Made by a program: the position numbers and the translations under genes. The notes below the pieces were generated by a model that saw only the letters and a program-made list of their open reading frames with translations, did no database searches and was not told the origin of the DNA. From a virus: a DNA stretch of 64,000 nucleotides. Positions 17,500 through 23,621 of the stretch are shown here, piece after piece (within the stretch, counting starts at the first letter, position 1; the number at the start of each line of letters is the position of its first letter). The stretch spans positions 3,944 to 67,943 of the IMG/VR virus record IMGVR_UViG_3300037439_000038, one strand, 5' to 3'.

Positions 17500-18678
17500 C
17501 TATGCGTTCTGCAAAACCCATTCGGGTTTATTCAGAACTTCGGCCATTGCTGAAACCACGTTGTTGTCAAAACGTTTCGTGGCTCCCCGAATCGTTGCAT
17601 CCATATTCTTTTGGAAGCGGTAGAAATCATCACCATTTAGTTGACGTTTCCGTGTCCAGTGAGTATTGAATGCATGAAGCAATCCAAGGGCAGTACCCTT
17701 GTAATCTGAGCACATCGGATCACGAGTGTATGTATCCCAGAACGCTTCCCTGCGAGTCTTTGCACGGCCAATCTTGGTTGGCGTCGGATTGTCGTCACGG
17801 TCGGGCAACGGAATGATTATATCCATTACCTTAATCGCTTGCCCCCTGGTCACTTTCACGCTGACCAATTCTTTGTGTTCGGCAACGATATCTTTGGCGG
17901 TATCAACCAAGATCTTCATTGAGTCGCGAACCTCTTGTATCCGGTCCCAATCAAGTGATCTTGCAGTGTGTTTCGCTGTGTAAATCATGCCAGCGTTTGC
18001 CGACTGCCTTAAAGCACAATCGCGAGTGTTGTCACACACCACATACAGAGATTGACGCGAAATAGTGGTTGCCATCGAACCGTCTAATGAGGTCGAAATC
18101 ATCATGAACGGAACGAAATTCAAACCAGTACTTGAATCATGCACGCTTTCTGGCAAAGCAACTTGAACGTAAGCTTGCAAGCCTTGTTTCAGAAGTCCAG
18201 CACCAAGAATTGAAAGGTTCTGTGCTCCAATTACTTTGGCCTGCAAGCCAAGTAGCCACTCTTTGTAGTCATGGATTTTATAACCCGATCCATGAGTTGC
18301 TAGATGTGCATGAGTATCTGAGCGCACAATGCCCTGTTCAAGACCGTGAAATTCATAGTCATCTAGTAGTTCGCCATCGGTGCCAGGCTTTTTACGCCAA
18401 ACACCAGTAGGCATAACTTTGAACGGTTGACCTTGTGGCCCAAAGAAATTCGCGTCCTTCTTATCACATGGAATAAGGTTCGCTTTAGGGACTGCCTCAG
18501 CTTCCCAGTTGAACAGGCGGGCAATGACAGTATCCATTTCGATGTAATCATCAAAGTGGTTATCTGCCCATCCTTTTCGTCTGCGAAGCTCAGGATCATT
18601 GTGCCATGCTGCTGGTCGATTGGCACAATTGCCAACCAGTACAAAGCGATTCAATGTCTCCCTAGTTTCTCTACTCAT
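17500..18678 (-). CDS. DUF932 / TIGR03299-like phage protein
   Basis: FNWEAE..P, VRSDT, ISTSLDGS, VVCDNT, YTAKHT, GTALGLLHAFN motifs; start set behind GAGAGGATGGAA. Confidence 0.8.
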   Translation of the reverse strand: MSRETRETLNRFVLVGNCANRPAAWHNDPELRRRKGWADNHFDDYIEMDTVIARLFNWEAEAVPKANLIPCDKKDANFFGPQGQPFKVMPTGVWRKKPGTDGELLDDYEFHGLEQGIVRSDTHAHLATHGSGYKIHDYKEWLLGLQAKVIGAQNLSILGAGLLKQGLQAYVQVALPESVHDSSTGLNFVPFMMISTSLDGSMATTISRQSLYVVCDNTRDCALRQSANAGMIYTAKHTARSLDWDRIQEVRDSMKILVDTAKDIVAEHKELVSVKVTRGQAIKVMDIIIPLPDRDDNPTPTKIGRAKTRREAFWDTYTRDPMCSDYKGTALGLLHAFNTHWTRKRQLNGDDFYRFQKNMDATIRGATKRFDNNVVSAMAEVLNKPEWVLQNA

Positions 18679-18713
18679 TTCCATCCTCTCTTGTTGTCGC
18701 TCATTGTGAGCGT

Positions 18714-18812
18714 CGTGCCTGTCGGGGAATCGAACCACCGACAACTCAATATTCGCATATACGAAAGCTCTTGTCTAGAGCCATGTTTCATTGAGTTGTA
18801 ACCGTTACAGGC
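18714..18812 (-). ncRNA. tRNA-like element D with a large inserted domain
   Basis: GCCTGT/ACAGGC acceptor, AACGGTTA linker, 9-bp CAACTCAAT/ATTGAGTTG helix carrying two hairpins, T-loop TTCGATT, trailer ACG. Confidence 0.75.
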
Positions 18813-18855
18813 GATCACGACAATTCTGACCACAATGTCCTTGCCGTGTTACGGA

Positions 18856-19074
18856 CTAAGCGAGCTTGACGCGATCGCCCATACCGTAAATGAAAACACG
18901 AGATCGTTTGCCTCGCTTGGGAACGGGGATCAAATACACGTGAACCTCTTTACCATCAACAACTTGTGGTATGCGGGTCACCTCCCAAGTTCCATCAGCA
19001 TCGGTGAATTGATCACCAACACGCAACCTACGAACGTAGGCAGTTGCGCGAAGCTCTGCTGTCATGTTTGCCAT
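18856..19074 (-). CDS. small beta-barrel (SH3-like) hypothetical protein
   Basis: LRVGDQF motif; start behind GAGGATGGAA. Confidence 0.65.
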   Translation of the reverse strand: MANMTAELRATAYVRRLRVGDQFTDADGTWEVTRIPQVVDGKEVHVYLIPVPKRGKRSRVFIYGMGDRVKLA

Positions 19075-19113
19075 TTCCATCCTCATTTCTTTTGTGTGCC
19101 AAGGGGTTTGGCA

Positions 19114-19159
19114 GCGTGCCCGGTAGAGGAATCGAACCTCTACCAAGAACCATTCGGGC
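19114..19159 (-). ncRNA. mini-tRNA element E
   Basis: GCCCG/CGGGC, linker AATGGTTCTTG, GTAGAGG-TTCGATT-CCTCTAC, trailer ACGC. Confidence 0.82.
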
Positions 19160-19335
19160 TATTTACACTTGTGCTCTCTTCTCAGGTTGTACGGGATAGA
19201 TCTATCAAACCAAACAAACTGTCCCAGTGAGCTTTTCAACCAGCCACAGTAAAGGCACTCCACATAGAAGCATCGAATGCCAAAAGCCATTTTGTACCTG
19301 ACTTTTACTTTATCCGATTTTTGGTGTGTAACCAT
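19159..19335 (-). CDS. small hypothetical protein with CxxC
   Basis: ECLYCG motif; start uncertain (internal Met chosen). Confidence 0.4.
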   Translation of the reverse strand: MVTHQKSDKVKVRYKMAFGIRCFYVECLYCGWLKSSLGQFVWFDRSIPYNLRREHKCK

Positions 19336-19555
19336 GCGGTCCCATCGTTCCGGGGATACCGTCAATTGGTGTCCAAAAGTTGCCTGGCACAGGTGGATTG
19401 GCTGCACACGGTGACCAAGGTACTGTAGCAATATAGCCACAACCGGGATTCGGAGTCTGTGTTTGTGCGTTGGATCTAATCGCTAAACCTATTGATGCAC
19501 CAATGATTAACGATGCAATCATTAGCGACACAACCGCACTGATTTTATTGTTCAT
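19310..19555 (-). CDS. secreted or membrane-anchored small protein
   Basis: signal-peptide-like MNNKISAVVSLMIASLIIGASIGLAI followed by Pro/Gly/Cys-rich domain; start behind GAGAGGATGGA. Confidence 0.7.
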   Translation of the reverse strand: MNNKISAVVSLMIASLIIGASIGLAIRSNAQTQTPNPGCGYIATVPWSPCAANPPVPGNFWTPIDGIPGTMGPHGYTPKIG

Positions 19556-19582
19556 TCCATCCTCTCTTTGTGAGTGTTTCCC

Positions 19583-19628
19583 ACGCTCCCGCCGTTGGAA
19601 TCGAACCAACGTGAAAACCATTGCGGGA
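19583..19628 (-). ncRNA. mini-tRNA element F
   Basis: TCCCGC/GCGGGA, linker AATGGTTTTCA, CGTTGG-TTCGATT-CCAACG, trailer GCGT. Confidence 0.85.
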
Positions 19629-19637
19629 CACCACGAT

Positions 19638-19790
19638 TTACATATGACCGATCTCTCCGTAGTCGGAGGAATAACTCATTTGAACTGAATGAGATCCGCT
19701 AAAGCTTTTGATAACTTTTTCGACCTCTTTCTTAAGTTCCTTTGCTGTAGCTGCTGTTTCATGTTCTCCAACATGAATTACGATTCTCAT
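19638..19790 (-). CDS. small hypothetical protein (50 aa)
   Basis: translated by hand MRIVIHVGEHETAATAKELKKEVEKVIKSF...; start overlaps the upstream stop. Confidence 0.55.
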   Translation of the reverse strand: MRIVIHVGEHETAATAKELKKEVEKVIKSFSGSHSVQMSYSSDYGEIGHM

Positions 19791-20194
19791 TCATGATCCT
19801 TTGATTTGTGGCCGTATTTCTTACAGACTCCACACGGTTCATAATCTCCATGATGAAAATATGCTTTCTGAATTACCGTGTCCCACCATGCATCTGAGAA
19901 CGATTCCTCGTATGCGTCGATTAGTTTATCGTGGTAGTCCTTCGGTACCGCAGGATCAAAGCCAAGTTCTTTGAGAACGCTGTAAGTTGTTGGGCCACCG
20001 GCAAATTCACCAGACAGCGGAGAGGGACAAAGATCGAGTATCTCGGGATCACCGTCTTCAAATCCCTCAATGATCTTGGCGCAGTACTCTTTTGAGTTAG
20101 TTGAGTCAACAACCCAAGCACCTAACATTTCGCCGTATTCCTTGCCCATTTCTACTGCCTTGCTGGTCATTTCGTCAATGCCAACTGTGCTCAT
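19787..20194 (-). CDS. acidic hypothetical protein (PLSGE motif)
   Basis: start MSTVGID behind GAGAGGATGGAAAA. Confidence 0.7.
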   Translation of the reverse strand: MSTVGIDEMTSKAVEMGKEYGEMLGAWVVDSTNSKEYCAKIIEGFEDGDPEILDLCPSPLSGEFAGGPTTYSVLKELGFDPAVPKDYHDKLIDAYEESFSDAWWDTVIQKAYFHHGDYEPCGVCKKYGHKSKDHE

Positions 20195-20227
20195 TTTTCC
20201 ATCCTCTCTTGTGCCCATCGTGGGCAA

Positions 20228-20271
20228 CGTTCCCCGGTAAGGAATCGAACCTTACGAAAACCATTCGGGGA
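20228..20271 (-). ncRNA. mini-tRNA element G
   Basis: TCCCCG/CGGGGA, linker AATGGTTTTC, GTAAGG-TTCGATT-CCTTAC, trailer ACG. Confidence 0.85.
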
Positions 20272-20279
20272 CACCATGA

Positions 20280-20591
20280 TTAACTCACCAATAACCCTTC
20301 AACACTCTTACGCCAGCTTTCCAGGTTTTCCACTCGTTCCTCAAGTGTTCTTTTATCCTGCTCAGGCGAGACCGACGGAATTTCGCTGTGCTCATTGGTT
20401 TTTCCCTTCCCATGAAACATGTTGTGATTCTCGCTTGGCTTACCAATTGCTTTGCTCACAGATCCGTTGATATTCAACGTCATTCGACCATGGTTATCTG
20501 TGAGAACAGTGATTGAATCACCGTCGTCCACCTTGGCAAGAAAACCCTTGAGATAGTAAAGGTCTCGACCTTCAATCACGACTTCATGCAT
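20280..20591 (-). CDS. hypothetical protein
   Basis: start MHEVVIEG behind GAGGATGGA. Confidence 0.65.
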   Translation of the reverse strand: MHEVVIEGRDLYYLKGFLAKVDDGDSITVLTDNHGRMTLNINGSVSKAIGKPSENHNMFHGKGKTNEHSEIPSVSPEQDKRTLEERVENLESWRKSVEGLLVS

Positions 20592-20632
20592 TCCATCCTC
20601 ATTTCTCAACTGCGCCAAGACATTTGACGCAC

Positions 20633-20675
20633 AGTACCCGCTCATGACTCGAACATGAGTGTATGCCTTTCGGGC
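20633..20675 (-). ncRNA. mini-tRNA element H
   Basis: GCCCG/CGGGT, linker AAAGGCATACA, CTCATG-TTCGAGT-CATGAG, trailer ACT. Confidence 0.78.
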
Positions 20676-20682
20676 TGTCTTA

Positions 20683-20886
20683 CTAGCTAAATTCCTCTTC
20701 TATCATTGGTTGATAGTTCGACCATGGCTCAGGTTGCCCACGGTCGAAAGAATCCAGCATTTTGTTGAGCAGACCAAGAGCATATGCAGCTTTGTCTAGC
20801 GCCATAGCGCCAAGATAAAAACTAATATCCGCAATTGCCTTGTGTATCTGCTTCTTTCGGCTTAGATCTGGCTGAATGTTTTTCAT
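20683..20886 (-). CDS. hypothetical protein
   Basis: start MKNIQPD gives ATGA overlap with the upstream stop. Confidence 0.55.
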   Translation of the reverse strand: MKNIQPDLSRKKQIHKAIADISFYLGAMALDKAAYALGLLNKMLDSFDRGQPEPWSNYQPMIEEEFS

Positions 20887-21095
20887 GCGGAAGCCGTTCC
20901 TTTGACGTATCCGAAACTGTCCAAGCCGCAAGCCTCAAAGAAGTAGTCATACCTGAACTTTGAAGCATCACGTTTGAGCACGTCGGCTGTTTTTCTGACA
21001 CAATGAGCGACCGTATCAGAGCAGGTGTCATCTCTGGACAAAGCAAGCGAAAACTCTTCTGCTAGTTCGCAATACAGTTTTCTGGTTGCAGCCAT
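20883..21095 (-). CDS. conserved small phage protein
   Basis: LKRDASKFRYDYFFEACG resembles the common phage '..DNPRFD..RF..ACG' motif; start behind GAGAGGATGGAAAA. Confidence 0.7.
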   Translation of the reverse strand: MAATRKLYCELAEEFSLALSRDDTCSDTVAHCVRKTADVLKRDASKFRYDYFFEACGLDSFGYVKGTASA

Positions 21096-21126
21096 TTTTC
21101 CATCCTCTCTTGTGCCCGTTTGGGCA

Positions 21127-21172
21127 GCGTAGCCAGGGGAGGAATCGAACCTCCCTGAAAACCGTTCTGGCT
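21127..21172 (-). ncRNA. mini-tRNA element I
   Basis: AGCCAG/CTGGCT, linker AACGGTTTTCA, GGGAGG-TTCGATT-CCTCCC, trailer ACGC. Confidence 0.85.
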
Positions 21173-21180
21173 TACCATGA

Positions 21181-21384
21181 CTAAATCAACTGCACTCTGG
21201 TGTCAGCTTTGAATCGACGCCGTGTCTGATTTGATGGCGTATCGATCTTGACTATCGGAACCTGAATCGTTCCGTCGTCACGACGACCAACAGGAAAACC
21301 GTTGCACTGCAATCCCTCTCCGGTACGGGGATCAACAAAACGGTCGCCCTTGCGCAGACGTGCCATATTGCTTGACTTTCTCAT
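21181..21384 (-). CDS. small beta-barrel (SH3-like) hypothetical protein
   Basis: LRKGDRFVD motif; start behind AGAGGATGGAAACC. Confidence 0.65.
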   Translation of the reverse strand: MRKSSNMARLRKGDRFVDPRTGEGLQCNGFPVGRRDDGTIQVPIVKIDTPSNQTRRRFKADTRVQLI

Positions 21385-21424
21385 GGTTTCCATCCTCTAT
21401 CTTACTACTACGTCTGGTGACGTA

Positions 21425-21468
21425 TGGTGCGCCTAGTGGAATCGAACCACTACGAAAACCGTTGGCGC
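21425..21468 (-). ncRNA. mini-tRNA element J (encoded ACCA end)
   Basis: GCGCC/GGCGC, linker AACGGTTTTCG, TAGTGG-TTCGATT-CCACTA, trailer ACCA. Confidence 0.85.
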
Positions 21469-21474
21469 TCTTGC

Positions 21475-21744
21475 CTAATTCAAAATGGCTAGGTCGAACT
21501 TGTGGGAGTAAACATTGCGACTGCAGTTGTCGCACATGAATTCCTGTTTGTCATCACCTGTGCAATCGTCTGGGCAAGCGATAACCTTGTGACCGTCTGG
21601 AAGTTCGGCAGCGCTTGCCTCTACGCCTGCTTCCCATTCGGCACGATACTCAGGACCATAAAAATCGAGTCCTGATGTATCCCCATTGGCAATTGCGCAA
21701 GCGCAATCATCGCAGCAATGTAGTTCGCCAATGACAGTTGCCAT
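21475..21744 (-). CDS. Cys-rich acidic hypothetical protein (first early gene)
   Basis: CCDDCAC..IANGD and CDNC motifs; start behind GAGAGGATGAGGAAAA. Confidence 0.7.
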   Translation of the reverse strand: MATVIGELHCCDDCACAIANGDTSGLDFYGPEYRAEWEAGVEASAAELPDGHKVIACPDDCTGDDKQEFMCDNCSRNVYSHKFDLAILN

Positions 21745-21850
21745 TTTTCCTCATCCTCTCATTTTTGGGGAAAACCCCAGGTTGTGACCAGGGCATTAAG
21801 AGTACATAATGCCTGGTAGAAAGCCCATTAATGGGCCTGTAGTCCATTCT

Positions 21851-21904
21851 GAGACACCTTATAAAAAAGTGACTATTATAGGCCCTAAGAAAAACTGAAG
21901 TCTC
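21851..21904. promoter_or_regulatory. candidate bidirectional SigA-type promoter
   Basis: minus-strand TATAAT (21880-21875) with GAGACT 18 nt upstream; plus-strand GAGACA-17 nt-TATTAT (21851-21879); GAGAC/GTCTC inverted symmetry. Confidence 0.55.
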
Positions 21905-22690
21905 TGAGCATTCTAATGCGTGCCGTTATGGCGATTTATTCTGTTGAACCACTGGCCTGCATAGATCCTATGCAAACTAGTGGCGCAACGGAAAACCGTT
22001 ACGCCGAGGATGGATGGAATTAGGTTGCAGTGCAATCGATTTGGCGCGGCCAACTTGACGAATTGTCTTGTCTACCAACGTCTTACAAACCTTGCTTACT
22101 CTGCTAACCTCGCGACATAGATCGTCGCGTGCTGCTCACGGTGGTTGAATACTATCCCGATCAAACCAGGTCACTAGCTGTCGCTATATGCCGGGCACCT
22201 ATTTGGTGACTCCCGTTGTCTCTCGGTTATCGGCAGATGGAATGCGGGTAGCTCTTACGCTTAAACACGTTGCAGCAGAACACTATTCAGAATATCTATC
22301 GCACGAAAACCGTTGCGAGACAATAACTCTCGTATCGGTAGACTTGCACTTGATATTCGGTTTTAGATGGATGCCACCCACCATAGGGAATCGCTTTGAC
22401 TACAGACACTCATTCAATCCAGCGTGTTTAGCATGGTGGATTGATCCTGGTGTACCGTCATACCCTCCCGGTTTCCGGCCGGTCGGGAACGCTTGCTTCC
22501 GATATACGATTGCGATTGCTCATACCGACCGCTCACATCATTGGAACGATAGAACAATCTCGCTTTGATCAAACGTCGGCGCGCTACCGTCCAACTAAAA
22601 CGATTCTAGGTTTGCGACCATTGTCGAATCCTGGCACTCACGCGCGTACGTTTGAACTACGGAAGTAGTTCGCTTGCGATTCCCTATTTA
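21886..22690. ncRNA. candidate large structured non-coding RNA (~800 nt)
   Basis: no credible ORF; nested long-range helices (perfect 12 bp 22383-22394/22676-22687; 22070-22076/22337-22343; 22030-22035/22344-22349; 22569-22576/22648-22655) and many hairpins. Confidence 0.65.
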
Positions 22691-23002
22691 GTTCTCAAAT
22701 AAACACACTTCAACCTCTATACTACCAAAACCCCACCAAACCGCAGGTGAATGAGATAATCTGTTATTAGAATGAGGTCTAATAGGACCTATAATCCCAG
22801 GTCAGAGCATGTGACGGAAATCACACTATTCATTTCACACTGTTGGTCCAACTGTTGATTCTACTGTAAGACCAACGGGACTCAGTTAATCCTAGCTAAC
22901 TAAATAGGTACGAATCATCTTGTGCCACAAGGCATTTGAAATTTGAAAACCCTTGCACAACAACAACTTTCAAACTTGACACCTGTCAAGTTCAACTTTC
23001 GC

Positions 23003-23027
23003 AAAATGGTACATCAGTACCACTTTT
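23003..23027. terminator. possible bidirectional terminator at the end of the late operon
   Basis: TGGTAC-ATCA-GTACCA hairpin flanked by short T tracts on both strands; weak. Confidence 0.35.
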
Positions 23028-23535
23028 ACAACTTTTCAGCATCGGCAATCTGACGCTCCCGCCAAGCTCGATAGCGTTCGCTCATGTCCGGTCTGGAATT
23101 GTTCTCTTGAGAACGATTAGATGAATCCCCGGAAACAAAATCCTCAACAGGGACCGCAACAGGTACAGTTTGCTCAATTGGAAGGTTTCTCTTCTGCCAC
23201 CTAGTAGCAACCAGTGCAACGGCTTTGGCGCGATCCATTCCTGTTTGACGAACCAATGAAGAAACTGCTAACTGTTGCAGCACTTCACCTTTGAAGTCGA
23301 TTCTGGTATCCTCCCAAGGTTCTCCAGTAAGTAGTTCTAGGAATGCTCTGTATTTACATTCGTTAACACAAAGGGCTGCAACGGTTCCCTCCAGTACCCC
23401 AATGTATGTAGCAGTATCAGAATCTACTTCTAGTGGCATGGGAGCGGCCTTTAATGGTACAAATTCTACGGATTCAGTCATCCTTTTGATCCTTTCCATA
23501 CTGAATGAATTGCTTTGGTGGAGTTTGTATTTCAC
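23026..23535 (-). CDS. hypothetical protein
   Basis: long ORF after lysin B; start may be internal (MTESVEF). Confidence 0.65.
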   Translation of the reverse strand: MKYKLHQSNSFSMERIKRMTESVEFVPLKAAPMPLEVDSDTATYIGVLEGTVAALCVNECKYRAFLELLTGEPWEDTRIDFKGEVLQQLAVSSLVRQTGMDRAKAVALVATRWQKRNLPIEQTVPVAVPVEDFVSGDSSNRSQENNSRPDMSERYRAWRERQIADAEKL

Positions 23536-23621
23536 GAAGTTCTGCTAGCGTTCTCATTCCTCCAATCATATTTTTTGTTCTAGGCAAACCAAACAATGAG
23601 AGTTGTTCTCCTACAGTGTTT

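Larger units (their letters stand above)
15459..21760 (-). repeat. dispersed start-associated sequence (A/G)AGGATGG(A/G)A upstream of about 11 early genes
   Basis: seen just upstream of starts at 15459, 16430, 17421, 18678, 19074, 19555, 20194, 20591, 21095, 21384 and as a variant at 21744. Confidence 0.85.

Noticed and set aside
14396-21468. CRISPR array or integron-type cassette array
   Set aside because: The repeats are not identical, spacing is irregular and gene-sized, there are no cas1/cas2 genes, and no integrase is present in the window. The Cas4-like gene sits with phage recombination genes.
16462-21468. Elements B-J as ordinary or pseudo tRNA genes
   Set aside because: No anticodon arm is present, yet pairing is nearly perfect with different sequences, which argues for selected structure rather than decay. 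They cannot be decoding tRNAs.
22014-22058. 14-aa plus-strand ORF (MELGCSAIDLARPT) behind a GAGGATGG site
   Set aside because: Too short and without motif to support. It is noted only because the upstream sequence matches the start-associated motif.
22569-22655. Group II intron domain V resemblance (CGCGCGTACGTTTG)
   Set aside because: The 5' strand lacks the AGC/CGC catalytic triad geometry, there is no GUGYG start, no RT ORF and no interrupted gene.
22188-22668. Plus-strand ORFs 22188..22568 and 22441..22668 as proteins
   Set aside because: No SD, atypical composition, on the strand opposite all other genes, and they coincide with dense base-pairing better explained by RNA structure.
21886-22690. 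RNase P RNA or tmRNA identity for the large RNA
   Set aside because: I found no GAGGAAAGTCC / AACAGAA..CGGCTTA signatures and no tRNA-like ends flanking a tag ORF on either strand.
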